Numbered from the stretch's first letter, positions 1-10,823 are shown. The stretch is 55,321 bases of DNA from Promethearchaeota archaeon (GCA_048941265.1 JBHLNT010000004.1:1-55321); one strand, 5' to 3'. Translations and numbers: made by a program. The notes: generated by a model not told the origin, from the sequence alone.

Positions 1-1539
1 AACGTTAGTGTTTCGGGAAATTTTACAGACAATTTCATCTATAAAGGCTTCTATCCCTATGATTTTATCAAAAATACACAGACATTTGCGCTTAAACCTG
101 GAGAATCAAGAATTGGATTAGCTCTTCATCCTCCACGTCATTACACCACAAAACCTGGTATTTATTATTATGATCTCCACGTGCTTGATAGAGCATATGG
201 TAAACATGATATTCTATTCAGTGATACATTCGAAGTTGCCGAATTTTACGATATGGACTTTCAATGTATAAATCCGGAGAACACTATTTGGGACTATCAG
301 ACAGGTACGTATACGTTTGAACTAACCAATTTAGGTAACGTTCCTCAAAAATTCACGATTTCTTTTGATGATATTCCTTTTGCTGATGAATATTTAAGCA
401 GTAATGTAATCTACTTAGCACCCGGAGAAACTCAAACATTCACATTGACACTTACTCCCACCGGCTGGGGTGAACAGGAGTTTTCCATTCATGCGATTTC
501 CGAGGGCAATTCCAGTACGATTATTGGTAAAATCACGATAAATGATGATGATGTGAATCCTCCCGAAATTTCTGATTTTGAGATTATTGATACTCCAATA
601 GATATTACCGTGAAATTCAACGTGTGGAATGAAATAGATGGAGATGATCGAGGCATTTCTAATATAAAGATATTCATTGATAACGTACTTATATTAGAAT
701 ATATCCCAAATCCTATGGAAACTTCTTTCTCATTTACATTTAACGATACCCATGGTAATTGGTTCATGGAAAATGGAACCCATGAAATACGAGTGGAACT
801 GATGGATAATGATTTTGATGTGCCCAACGATGCCTTAAGCTCTTCAATATCGGGTATTTTTGAAACCGAGTTAAAAGATATGTATCTTTATGTGGATTGG
901 CAAATAGAGGTATTAAAAAATTACACGGATACACACTTATGCTGGCTGTTAGACAAATTATTAAGTCATAAGTTGTGGATAGCCCAGAAACATTTAGAAA
1001 CAGCCTTTTATCTTGCTGAAAAGGGAAAAATCACGTGCGGCCTCTTTCATGATGCTATTGCAAAGATTATGATTGAAATCACCGAATTTCGAACAGAAAT
1101 TTTTAATAAAATCAAGTTCATAAGTGATGAGGATGCCATTTATATTATCTCTTCTTTGCATACTATTAGAAATAATATTATACTGCTAATTGGCGTTACA
1201 TCAGGAACAGAACAAGGCATTCCTTTAGCATTAATTGAGATCAACCTGCTTAATCTTAACGATTTTATTGAAGATGAACTTGATTGGTGGAATCGAAAAT
1301 GTCTCACCTGCTGTATTGACGGCGCGGCAAAAGCTTTGGAAATCGCGATTTTTACAGCTTCAATGGATCGTGATTTTGATTGTATGCTTTGCTGTGCTCA
1401 ATGGAAATTAGAATTAGCTAAGGATAAGGTCAATTGTTTATTACACATAGGCAAGATTTCGCAGGAACTAGCAGATACCATTTTAAGTGAAATTGAACAG
1501 GCTCAAAACGATATTGAAGCAATAAAAAATCCTCAATAA
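1..1539 (+). CDS. 5'-truncated large surface/secreted-type protein: Ig-like beta domains followed by a Cys-rich helical C-terminal region
   Basis: Frame 1 is open from base 1 (NVSVSGNFTDNF...ALKPGES...), so the gene starts before the window. YTFELTNLGN...LAPGETQTFTLTLTP and NDDDVNPPEI are typical of Ig-like (NEW3/CARDB-type) repeats. The last ~200 aa are helical with Cys pairs. Confidence 0.6.
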   Translation, partial: NVSVSGNFTDNFIYKGFYPYDFIKNTQTFALKPGESRIGLALHPPRHYTTKPGIYYYDLHVLDRAYGKHDILFSDTFEVAEFYDMDFQCINPENTIWDYQTGTYTFELTNLGNVPQKFTISFDDIPFADEYLSSNVIYLAPGETQTFTLTLTPTGWGEQEFSIHAISEGNSSTIIGKITINDDDVNPPEISDFEIIDTPIDITVKFNVWNEIDGDDRGISNIKIFIDNVLILEYIPNPMETSFSFTFNDTHGNWFMENGTHEIRVELMDNDFDVPNDALSSSISGIFETELKDMYLYVDWQIEVLKNYTDTHLCWLLDKLLSHKLWIAQKHLETAFYLAEKGKITCGLFHDAIAKIMIEITEFRTEIFNKIKFISDEDAIYIISSLHTIRNNIILLIGVTSGTEQGIPLALIEINLLNLNDFIEDELDWWNRKCLTCCIDGAAKALEIAIFTASMDRDFDCMLCCAQWKLELAKDKVNCLLHIGKISQELADTILSEIEQAQNDIEAIKNPQ

Positions 1540-1543
1540 TTAG

Positions 1544-1554
1544 TTTTTTTTTTT
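1544..1554 (+). terminator. Oligo-T archaeal-type terminator candidate
   Basis: Run of 11 T starting 5 nt after the stop of the first CDS. Confidence 0.4.
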
Positions 1555-1681
1555 ATTTCTAATTTTAATTTAATTATCATTAGCAAATTCTAATTTGAAT
1601 AATTTTTATTGAAATATTTGTGTATTTCTCTTATTATCTTAAAGATAAAAAATAAAATACGTTAAATATTAGTTCTTAATA

Positions 1682-3403
1682 ATGAAAATTGCTCGAATTA
1701 ATGTAAATACGGAATCAGTTCAGTATGAAGAAATTACCAGAGATTCAAAATTCTTCTTATTGGGGGCGAGGGGATTAAGTTCGCAAATAGTACATGATGA
1801 AGTTCCACCATTATGCGATCCTTTAGGTAAAGATAATAAATTAATTTTAGCTAATGGAATACTAACCGGAAGTCCTTTTCCTAATTCAGCTCGGACATCT
1901 GTGGGGGCTAAAAGTCCACTAACAAAAGGCATAAAGGAAGCAAATGTAGGTGGTAGGCCTTCGATGATAATGGCAGCTCATGGGATTAGGGCCTTAGTTT
2001 TAGAAGATATGTCAAGGGAGTTAAAAATTTTAATTATTGATGAGGAAGGGATCAAATTTGAACGAGCAGATGAATACAAACAATTAGGTAATTATGAATT
2101 ACATTCGAAGTTAATGGAAAGATTTGGAGAAAATATTGGTATTTATTCTATAGGTCCTGCCGGAGAATATTTAATGAGAGCCGCTAGTGTTGCCGCTAAT
2201 GATTTAGAAGGGTATCCCAGTCGTCATGCCGGTAGAGGAGGATTGGGGGCAGTGATGGGTTCAAAAGGTATTAAAGCTATTATCATCAAACCTTTAAAAG
2301 GTTCAAAAGTAAAAATTCATGATATTAAGAAATTTAGGGAAATCTCAAAACCTTTTGCTAAAAATTTAGCCATCTCAAGAGAAACTTTCTCAATTTATGG
2401 AACATCTCTAGCGACCAAAGCCATGAGTCAATATGGAGGTTTACCAACAAAAAGTTTTCGAATGGGTTCTTATGAAGATGCCGAGGATATTTCCGGAGAA
2501 CTACTTCATGAACTTGTTATAGCTCGAAAAGGTAAAAAGCGTGTTCCTTGTTCACCAACTTGCGTAATAAAATGTTCAAATATCTTTCTTGATGAAAAAG
2601 GTAATCATATTACTTCCAGTTTTGAATATGAAACAATTGCTTTAAATGGTTCTAATTGTATGATTAATAATCTCGATAAGCTGGCAAGAATCGATCATTT
2701 ATGTGATGATAATGGAATAGATACGATCGAATTTGGAGTTACTATGGGAGTCGCAATGGATGCTGGAAAAATTGATTGGGGTGATGCTGAAAAAGTTATC
2801 GAGATCTTAGATAAAGAAATAAGATGCAATACTAAAATAGGACAATTTTATGGGAATGGAGTATGTCATTTAGGAAAAGAGCTTAATTTTGAAAGAATTC
2901 CTCATGTGAAAGGACAAGGAATTTCGGCATATGATCCTCGAGTGTTTAAAGCCATGAGTTTAACTTATGCTACTTCTCCAATGGGTGCAGATCATACTGC
3001 GGGAGCTGCAATAGCAGGAAGAAGCGCAAGAACTGACAGAGATTATGGAGATATTTATGATATGGAAAATAAAGAAGAGTTATCATTTGAATTACAAATA
3101 TATACTGCTGTTTTGGATTCAATGGGTTGTTGTTATTTTATAGGGCCTAGTTATGAAAACATGGAAATCGTTGCAAAAGCAATTAACGCCATGTATAATA
3201 CAAAATTAACACGAGAAGATGTTATAAACCTTGGTAAACAAATAATTAAAATTGAATTAGAATTTAATGAAAAAGCCGGTATTACTCAAGAGATGAATGA
3301 TGTTCCAGAATTTTTCAAAAAAGAATCCTCTGAACCCACGAATTTAAAATTTGAATTTCCGAAAGATACTTTAACGAACTTTTGGTCGAAATTGGACAAA
3401 TAA
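1682..3403 (+). CDS. aor: Aldehyde ferredoxin oxidoreductase family (tungsten-pterin)
   Basis: AKSPLTKGIKEANVGG, IGPAGE, AGRGGLGAVMGSKGIKA, CSPTCVIKC, EYET, DDNGIDTIE, YDPR, MGADH motifs. Confidence 0.93.
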   Translation: MKIARINVNTESVQYEEITRDSKFFLLGARGLSSQIVHDEVPPLCDPLGKDNKLILANGILTGSPFPNSARTSVGAKSPLTKGIKEANVGGRPSMIMAAHGIRALVLEDMSRELKILIIDEEGIKFERADEYKQLGNYELHSKLMERFGENIGIYSIGPAGEYLMRAASVAANDLEGYPSRHAGRGGLGAVMGSKGIKAIIIKPLKGSKVKIHDIKKFREISKPFAKNLAISRETFSIYGTSLATKAMSQYGGLPTKSFRMGSYEDAEDISGELLHELVIARKGKKRVPCSPTCVIKCSNIFLDEKGNHITSSFEYETIALNGSNCMINNLDKLARIDHLCDDNGIDTIEFGVTMGVAMDAGKIDWGDAEKVIEILDKEIRCNTKIGQFYGNGVCHLGKELNFERIPHVKGQGISAYDPRVFKAMSLTYATSPMGADHTAGAAIAGRSARTDRDYGDIYDMENKEELSFELQIYTAVLDSMGCCYFIGPSYENMEIVAKAINAMYNTKLTREDVINLGKQIIKIELEFNEKAGITQEMNDVPEFFKKESSEPTNLKFEFPKDTLTNFWSKLDK

Positions 3404-3491
3404 TCTCTTACTTTTTTTAACCGTTAGCTATCATTAAAAAGAAGCACTTAATTGTCTAATAGAAAAAAAGTAAAAAAAAGTAAAATAATGG

Positions 3492-4040
3492 TTAAACGTA
3501 ATTCAATAATCCTTTTTTCTTCATTCTAAACTCTGCCAGTATTATTAAGCATATTCCTAAAATTACTAATAGTAAAGGGGCAGCACCTAGTATCAAATTT
3601 AATGCAATAAATGATAAGACCCTGAAAAGCGCTGTAATAATGCAATACCCGATACCTCCTATAAGAAAAACCACTTTTTTCTTTTTAAAGATGGTTAAAG
3701 CGAAGTGCCAACAAAAGATAATTAAAATATCTGAAAAAATTACCATAATAAAGAGTAGTAATGCTGAGACACCGATCATCCACGCAATTATAATAATTAT
3801 AGCGGAGAATATTCCTAATCCTACAAAAAATTTTGATGCATTATCCACAAAAAAATCCTTTTCGAGTTTGAGCAATACGATTAATACAAACCAAGCCATG
3901 AAGACTACAATTGCTAAAATATATGTCGTTAAATCTAAGAGAAAGAAGTCAAAAATGATTGTGGCAAGTACACTTATAAGAATTAGGACCATACCGAGAA
4001 CTCGTAATAATCCTTCTTTTTTTCCTTTAATACTTTGCAT
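3492..4040 (-). CDS. Hypothetical multi-pass membrane protein
   Basis: About six hydrophobic segments with basic loops; fills the gap between aor and nfo. Confidence 0.75.
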   Translation of the reverse strand: MQSIKGKKEGLLRVLGMVLILISVLATIIFDFFLLDLTTYILAIVVFMAWFVLIVLLKLEKDFFVDNASKFFVGLGIFSAIIIIIAWMIGVSALLLFIMVIFSDILIIFCWHFALTIFKKKKVVFLIGGIGYCIITALFRVLSFIALNLILGAAPLLLVILGICLIILAEFRMKKKGLLNYV

Positions 4041-4188
4041 AATTCTTTGTATGTTTCTAAAATTAAAATAATTATTTATTTTCGTTGACTAAATGATAGG
4101 ATGAAGATTGATTAATAATTATCTATTTAAACAAACTTCAATAATTTATTAGTAACACTAGAATAACTAATCCAAAAGTGAATATTGG

Positions 4189-5043
4189 ATGAGATTGGGA
4201 GCCCATATGAGCGTGAGCGGAGGTAAATACTTAGCTTTAGTAACTGGGAAGGAAATTGGATGCGAATCAATTCAAGTTTTTATCAGAAATGTCCGTTCTT
4301 GGTCATCAAAACCCTTAGATCAAGAAGATATTAATAATTTTCTAGAAAAAAGAGAAGAAATTAAAGAGATTTGGCCTATAATTACTCATAATAGTTATCT
4401 GATTAATCTTGCATCGCAGGAGCAGGAAAAACTCGAGAAATCGTATAATGCGATGTTGGATGAACTTATTAAAGCAGATCAATTGAAAATAGAATATGAA
4501 AACATGCATCCTGGCGTAATTCCTAAGGAAAGTAAGGATCTCTCTTCAAAAGAAGCGATGAATCAAATTACTGATCATTTGAATAAACTAATTACTGAGA
4601 CCAAAGATTCTAAGGTGATAATTTTATTAGAAACCACTGCAGGACAAGGAAAAGGATTGGGACATAAATTTGAACATATGAAATATATGATCGACCGAAT
4701 AGAAAATAAACAACGAATAGGAGTGTGTTTTGATACTGCTCATTCATTTGCAGCGGGATACGATTTTACAAAGAAAAAAAAGTACGATGACTTATGGAAT
4801 ACATTCGATGATATAATTGGCCTTAAGCATTTAAAAGCTTTTCATTTGAATGATACTGATAAAGAATGTGGTTCTAGAGTTGACCGGCACGCTCATATAG
4901 GTAAAGGAAAGATCGGAAAAGATGCGTTTAGTTTTTTAGTTAATGATGAGCAATTTAAAGACTTACCTGGTATATTAGAAACTCCTGAGGGCGATAATAT
5001 GTTTGAAATGAATTTAAATTTCTTAAAGGGACTAAGAAAATAA
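4189..5043 (+). CDS. nfo: Endonuclease IV (AP endonuclease family 2)
   Basis: LGAHMS, HNSYLINLA, HPG, LLETTAGQG, CFDTAHSFAAGY, HLND, DRHAHIG, ILETP metal-binding motifs. Confidence 0.96.
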   Translation: MRLGAHMSVSGGKYLALVTGKEIGCESIQVFIRNVRSWSSKPLDQEDINNFLEKREEIKEIWPIITHNSYLINLASQEQEKLEKSYNAMLDELIKADQLKIEYENMHPGVIPKESKDLSSKEAMNQITDHLNKLITETKDSKVIILLETTAGQGKGLGHKFEHMKYMIDRIENKQRIGVCFDTAHSFAAGYDFTKKKKYDDLWNTFDDIIGLKHLKAFHLNDTDKECGSRVDRHAHIGKGKIGKDAFSFLVNDEQFKDLPGILETPEGDNMFEMNLNFLKGLRK

Positions 5044-5104
5044 TACAGTCTGTTCATGATTAACTAATATTTCCAATAGTAAAAAAAGAGAAGATTACAT
5101 AATT

Positions 5105-8100
5105 TTAGTCTTTGATTATCGGTAAGGAGAAATAGAATGTTGAACCCTTGTTTCTACCTTCAGATTCCATCCATATTTCTCCACCATGGAGTTCCACTAA
5201 TTTCTTGGAAATATAGAGACCTAGGCCTGTTCCTTCCGTTGAGACGTATGACCCTCTGCCATAATGCTCTATTTTACCGAATTGTTTGAAAACTTTTTCT
5301 TTTTCTTCTTCCGTAAAACCAATCCCGTTATCTTTAACGGAGATAATATAAAAATTATCTTTAATGTCTGATTTAATTTCAATCATACCATAGGGAGGTG
5401 TATATTTTATTGCATTAGTTAACAAATTGCCTATCACTTCATGAATCCTTTCTTTTTCGAATCTAGTAATTAAGTTCTCATGTACTTTTAGTATAACTCT
5501 TTGATTCCTTGTCTTGGCTAAGCCTTGTAATTCTTTAACTGTAAACCTTATTAAAAATCCTAAATCTTCAACGGATGTTTTCAACTCAATTTGGCCTGTT
5601 TCCAACTTTGAAGTCTTTAAAAGCTCAATAATTAGATTTTCAAGTCTCGAGCATCCTTGGGTTATTTCTTCTATCATCGAAATAGTATCAATATCAAAAT
5701 ATTCTTTATTTTGATTCAATATTAGTTCCGAATATCCTTTAATCGAAATAAGAGGGGTTTTTAGCTCATGGGAAATTCTCCTTAAAAATTCGGATTTTAA
5801 CTTATCAATTTCACTTAATTTTTTATTTTGTTCTTCTAATTTTTGTAGTAATTGCCATCTCTGTTCCTCTATAGCTATTGCATCGCTTATTAATAAAAGT
5901 ACTAATTGATCCTCATCTGCAACTTCTGGATTCTGTTGATATAAGATAATTATCGCACTTTCATAATCATCTTGTGAACTGATGATTTTTCCAAACGCTC
6001 CTTTAATATTATATTTTTGGATAAAGGGATCGCCTCTTAACTGAGTATTCTCATGAAGATCAGAAAAAACTTGAGGTAACTCATGGCATTGTTCAAAAAT
6101 TTCATTCATAAAATAGATCTTCTTAAAAATTTCTACGTTATGACTGTAGAATTCATTATCACTGGTAATGATTTGCGCAATTTGTCTGTCTTTATCTAAG
6201 GATTTCCTTGTATAGAGAACAACTTTTCCTTTAGATAATTTACTAACAGTCTGAACGAGTAATTGTATATTTTTTTTAACATCTGCAGTAAAATTGAAAA
6301 ATACATGGTTTAATTCAAACATTAAATTTTCTAGTATTTTTCTTTCTGTTATATCTTGAATGATTGAATAGAATAGGATTTGATTTTTTATTCTTACTTT
6401 CGAGACACTAGAATTTATCCATCGCACATTTCCATCTTTTCTAATAACTCGCATTTCTAAAGGCTCTACACTTTTTCTATTCATTAATGAAAGAAATCTT
6501 TCTTTTAAAAGTACTAATTGTTTTGGAGTTAAATACGAGATTTGTAAATAGTTTTGATCTATAATGTCTTGCTTAATGATTCCAAACATTCTCTCAGTAG
6601 CCGAATTACAGTCAAGAATTATCCCATTTAAATCAAAAAGAATTATAGAAAATGGTGATTGTTCGAAGAGATGACGGAATCTTTCTTCGGATTCTTTTAA
6701 ATTTTCTTCTGCTTTCTTACGTTCGGTGATATCTCTCATAAATCCACTGAATCCTATAACATTATCTTCGGAATCATATCTTAAATGAATAGTAGTCTCA
6801 CCATATACAATTCCCACATCCTTTGTGATAATTTCAAATTCAAAGTTCTTTTGTTCGATTCCAGTTCTATACACATCATTAAAAGCTTTGTATGCCTTTT
6901 TAGCCATTTTTTCCGATGTAAATCTTTTATAAGGCATTCCTATTATTTCATCAGAACCATATCCAAAAAATTTGCAAAAAGCTTCATTGATAAATGTGAA
7001 AGTCCCTTTTAGATTGACCTCGAAGTAGCCTTCTTTAGCATTCTCGATGATATTCCGATATTTTTCTTCTGATTCTTTTAGTTTCTCTTCTGCTATTTTT
7101 TTCTCCGTTATGTCCCTTAAAAAGCCTCTGAATCCTATCTTTTTTCCTTTAACGTCATACCTTAAATGAATCGAACTTTCACAATATTTAATATTGCCGC
7201 TTTTTGTAATCACTTCATATTCAGAATTCAGTAGTTCTATTCCAGTTCTATAAACCGTATTAAATACATTGAATGTTCTCTTACTCATTTCTTCAGTTAT
7301 AAAACTTCTATAATTAGTTCCCACTACTTCTTCACGGGGATATTCGAATAATTTGCAATAAGCATCATTAACTAACGTATAATTTCCTTTTAAATCCACT
7401 TCAAAATATCCTTCTTTAGCTTTTTCTATGATATTTCGATATTTTTCTTCAGACTCTCTTAATTTTTGTTCTGATTTTTTGCGTTCTGTAATATCTCGCG
7501 CAATCCCTAAAACCAAAGTATGGTTATTAATTGTGATTGGGTGGGTGCTAATCTCGATTGGTATTTCTGTTCCATTTTTATGATATACAATTATTTCATC
7601 TGGACCTGTTTTTAATCCATTCCTATTTTTTAAAAGAAGCTCCATCCCTATTGGTATTTGGTTTTCTGGGATTATTTTTGCAAAAGATTTGCCTATTAAT
7701 TCTTCCCTTTTATATCCAACTAAATTTTCTGCGGCTTTATTCCCATCAATAAAGCGACCATTTAAGTCAACCATATAATAGGCATCTGGTGCATGCTCAA
7801 AAATTATTTTAAAACGCTCTTCAGACTCTTTTAGTTGTTGTTCCACTTTTCTACGTTCTGTTATATCCCAAAAAATTCCTAATAAACCTGTGATATTATC
7901 ATTTTTATCTCGAATGGGAGTTTTTATAATTCTTACATATCTTTCTTTGCCCCTTAGAATATCTATCTCATCTATTTCTTCAGGCTTCCCCGTTGATAAG
8001 ATTCTAATATCATCTGTTCTATATTTATCTGCCAATTCTTTTGGATAAAAATCATAATCTGTTTTGCCCAGAATGTCATCGGCTTTGATATTTAAATCAT

Positions 8101-10084
8101 CTGCATATTTATTATTACAAGAGATATACATAAAATTATTATCTTTGAGAAATATCCTCTGAGGAAGATTTTCTATTAGTATTCGGTATTTTAACTCCTT
8201 AGCTTTCAATTCTTCCTCTGCAGATTTTCGTTCTGAAATATCTCTGGATATGTATAATACTTTTTTCTTATCATCCTGCCCTAAAAAAACCTTACCTTTT
8301 GTTTCAAACCATAAATAATGCCCTTTTTTATGTTTTAATCTCATCTGATAGGTTATGCTTCCTCTTTTAAAACAAACTCTACTCCCATTTCTTATGACCT
8401 TTACATCATCTTTATGAATTATTGACAATTTAAATGGAAGATCTTTTAATTCTTTTTCAGAATATCCTAAGATTCTGGAGTGAGTTTTTTCATTAATATA
8501 TTCCAAATTATAATTTTCATCATATAAAGAGATAAGATCATCGGCATCTTCCGCAATTAAACGATATTTTTCTTCCGATTCTTTTAATTTCTGTTCTGTA
8601 CGCTTACGTGCAGTTGTATCTCTAACAAATATTAGTTGTTTGGGTTCATTATTAATATCAAAATAAATACTTACACTTACTTCAACAGGACAAAAATATC
8701 CTCTCTTATGTCTTAATTCTAATTCTATTGTCCCTTTATCTCTTCGAAATAGATTTTTTACATTTAAACCATAATTTTCTAAATAATCGGGATTTATAAA
8801 AGATTTAATATCTTTTCCAAGGATTTCTTCTGGAGTATATCCATAATTCCTTACCAGCGGTCTTTTGTTAATATATTCTACTATTGAATTTTTATTTATA
8901 ATGATAATCAAATCGTTAGCATTTTCAGAGATAAGACGATATTTTTCTTCAGATTCTTTTAGATTTCGTTCAACTAAAATTCGATTTGTTATATCATTTG
9001 ACATACTCAAAAGGAAAGGCTCATTATTGATTTCTATTACATTTGCTGAAAATAAATAACTCCTAAGTTCTCCATCGTCTGTTTCTACCTTTATTTCTAA
9101 ATTACTAACATCCCCTTTTTCTTGAATAGAACGTATAATCTCATCCCTTGAATCCTTATCACTCCATAGTTTTATATCTTGCGCTGTTTTTCCGATAACA
9201 TCCTCCCTTTTAAGACCAAGATTATTTAAAAATACCTCATTACATTCAATAATTCTCCCTTCTTTAAGATCACTTATCGCCATTGCTATGAAATCATTAT
9301 TGAATGCTTTAGAAAATTTTTCTTCTGATTCCTTTTTTTGGGTAATATTCTGAATGAACACCATATCTGCTTTTTTTCCCTCAAAAAAGATTGGCTTGGT
9401 CTTAGTCTCAGCCCAAATTACCTGTCCTGATTTTTTATTAATTCGGAAATGAAGAAAGTCTAAAGCTTGATTATCACCAGCATACAACTTTTGAGCCAAA
9501 GAAATTAATTTATTCCTATCATCAGGGTGTATTATCTTAAAAAATTCTCTCGTTTTCCAAGCTAAAATTTCTTCTTGAGAATATCCAATAACTTCAGAAA
9601 ATGCGGGATTAAAATACTTAATTTCGAAATCTTGAAAAATCGCAAAACCCATAAAAGATTGATCTGTAATTTGTTTGAATAGTTCTTCAGATTGTTTTAA
9701 TTTATTTTGAATCTCTTTTTGATTAGTTATATCTCTTCCTACGGCTAATATGGTTTGTTTACCATTCGCATTGACAACACTTCCTCTTGCAGAAATACAA
9801 ACATATTTACCATTTTTATGGATTATTCTAAATTCAGAAGAGATTGTGATTCCAGAATCTAAATTCTCTAAAATTGACTTTTTGACGTGAGATAGATCTT
9901 CTGGATGGATTAAATCCAAGATATTTACATCCAAAAGCTCCTCTTGATGATAACCAAATAGATTAAAACATTGAGGACCAATATAGACAAAATTACCTTT
10001 AAGATCAAGTTCAATTATAGTGTCTGAAATATTATTAACTAAAAATTGATATTTTTGTTCTAATATATTTTTCAAATTGAGCAC
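5105..10084 (-). CDS. Soluble sensor histidine kinase with 10 PAS domains + GAF-like domain + HisKA/HATPase
   Basis: Ten repeats bounded by SEE[KR][YF]R...DITERK-type linkers; H-box ISHELKTPL, N-box NLLTNAIKYT, G1 DNGIG, G2 GTGLGL; no transmembrane segment. Confidence 0.95.
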   Translation of the reverse strand: MLNLKNILEQKYQFLVNNISDTIIELDLKGNFVYIGPQCFNLFGYHQEELLDVNILDLIHPEDLSHVKKSILENLDSGITISSEFRIIHKNGKYVCISARGSVVNANGKQTILAVGRDITNQKEIQNKLKQSEELFKQITDQSFMGFAIFQDFEIKYFNPAFSEVIGYSQEEILAWKTREFFKIIHPDDRNKLISLAQKLYAGDNQALDFLHFRINKKSGQVIWAETKTKPIFFEGKKADMVFIQNITQKKESEEKFSKAFNNDFIAMAISDLKEGRIIECNEVFLNNLGLKREDVIGKTAQDIKLWSDKDSRDEIIRSIQEKGDVSNLEIKVETDDGELRSYLFSANVIEINNEPFLLSMSNDITNRILVERNLKESEEKYRLISENANDLIIIINKNSIVEYINKRPLVRNYGYTPEEILGKDIKSFINPDYLENYGLNVKNLFRRDKGTIELELRHKRGYFCPVEVSVSIYFDINNEPKQLIFVRDTTARKRTEQKLKESEEKYRLIAEDADDLISLYDENYNLEYINEKTHSRILGYSEKELKDLPFKLSIIHKDDVKVIRNGSRVCFKRGSITYQMRLKHKKGHYLWFETKGKVFLGQDDKKKVLYISRDISERKSAEEELKAKELKYRILIENLPQRIFLKDNNFMYISCNNKYADDLNIKADDILGKTDYDFYPKELADKYRTDDIRILSTGKPEEIDEIDILRGKERYVRIIKTPIRDKNDNITGLLGIFWDITERRKVEQQLKESEERFKIIFEHAPDAYYMVDLNGRFIDGNKAAENLVGYKREELIGKSFAKIIPENQIPIGMELLLKNRNGLKTGPDEIIVYHKNGTEIPIEISTHPITINNHTLVLGIARDITERKKSEQKLRESEEKYRNIIEKAKEGYFEVDLKGNYTLVNDAYCKLFEYPREEVVGTNYRSFITEEMSKRTFNVFNTVYRTGIELLNSEYEVITKSGNIKYCESSIHLRYDVKGKKIGFRGFLRDITEKKIAEEKLKESEEKYRNIIENAKEGYFEVNLKGTFTFINEAFCKFFGYGSDEIIGMPYKRFTSEKMAKKAYKAFNDVYRTGIEQKNFEFEIITKDVGIVYGETTIHLRYDSEDNVIGFSGFMRDITERKKAEENLKESEERFRHLFEQSPFSIILFDLNGIILDCNSATERMFGIIKQDIIDQNYLQISYLTPKQLVLLKERFLSLMNRKSVEPLEMRVIRKDGNVRWINSSVSKVRIKNQILFYSIIQDITERKILENLMFELNHVFFNFTADVKKNIQLLVQTVSKLSKGKVVLYTRKSLDKDRQIAQIITSDNEFYSHNVEIFKKIYFMNEIFEQCHELPQVFSDLHENTQLRGDPFIQKYNIKGAFGKIISSQDDYESAIIILYQQNPEVADEDQLVLLLISDAIAIEEQRWQLLQKLEEQNKKLSEIDKLKSEFLRRISHELKTPLISIKGYSELILNQNKEYFDIDTISMIEEITQGCSRLENLIIELLKTSKLETGQIELKTSVEDLGFLIRFTVKELQGLAKTRNQRVILKVHENLITRFEKERIHEVIGNLLTNAIKYTPPYGMIEIKSDIKDNFYIISVKDNGIGFTEEEKEKVFKQFGKIEHYGRGSYVSTEGTGLGLYISKKLVELHGGEIWMESEGRNKGSTFYFSLPIIKD

Positions 10085-10182
10085 TTCCTAATATTGGTTT
10101 TTAGCAAATTTATTGAAAGATGCATGTTTTTTTGAAAAAATTCTAATTTATAAAATAAGACTTATTCTATTAAAATTTATAC

Positions 10183-10216
10183 CGAAAAAGCATATTTTTC
10201 GTCGCAAAGTTGCGAC
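10183..10216. promoter_or_regulatory. Two abutting inverted repeats upstream of the 10-PAS kinase (candidate operator or hairpin)
   Basis: CGAAAAA-gcata-TTTTTCG (10183-10201) and GTCGCAA-ag-TTGCGAC (10201-10216), both with perfect 7-bp arms, in an otherwise AT-rich spacer. Confidence 0.4.
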
Positions 10217-10282
10217 TAACTATTCTAAAATCTATTTTATATGTACATATTCAAAATATACCTTAAAAAGAAAGTAAAGAAT

Positions 10283-10684
10283 TTATTCTACTTCAAACCA
10301 CATTGGACTTTTATCTCTAACGTGCCCGTTATAATTTACTGTTAGCTCTTCTCCTTTTTTTATATTTCTGATGGCTATATACTCTATTGTTTGATTTTCG
10401 TAATCATAAGCATATTTTAAATTTGGTTTATATGAATGATTAAAAAATTGGCATTGACTCAATGCTATAGCATTTTGAAAATCAGGTTTATTGGGATCAT
10501 CCCACTCGAAGACATACTGATAAAGTATGGTGTCTTGAATTTGGTCGTAATCCTTGTTGGAAAGTAAAATAACGTGTCCTATTTCTACAAGTGTTCCTTT
10601 TTTAATGAACCTTTTCGCAAAAATCCCTTTTCCTTTCTTTGGAGAAATATATATAATTTCTAAAAGGGTATCTATTGAAATCAC
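10283..10684 (-). CDS. Stand-alone SET domain protein (putative protein-lysine methyltransferase)
   Basis: KGKGIFAKRFIKKG (motif I), FFNHSYKPN, IKKGEELTVNY; no post-SET cysteines. Confidence 0.9.
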   Translation of the reverse strand: MISIDTLLEIIYISPKKGKGIFAKRFIKKGTLVEIGHVILLSNKDYDQIQDTILYQYVFEWDDPNKPDFQNAIALSQCQFFNHSYKPNLKYAYDYENQTIEYIAIRNIKKGEELTVNYNGHVRDKSPMWFEVE

Positions 10685-10823
10685 TTTTTTTCTATTAATG
10701 AAAATTCCAATGAAAATATTAATTTATAACATTTTATTATTGGAGACATGATCTATTAAAATTTCCTTAATAATTAATTTATGGTTTAATAGTACAGTAA
10801 GGTAAGAAAAAAGCATTTTTAAA

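Noticed and set aside
3640-4071. 143-aa + strand ORF and similar antisense ORFs (22433-22846, 44551-44934, 26639-26986, 38982-39353, 489-827 and others)
   Set aside because: They overlap well-supported genes on the opposite strand and have the Ile/Lys/Asn/Ser-rich composition typical of antisense shadows.
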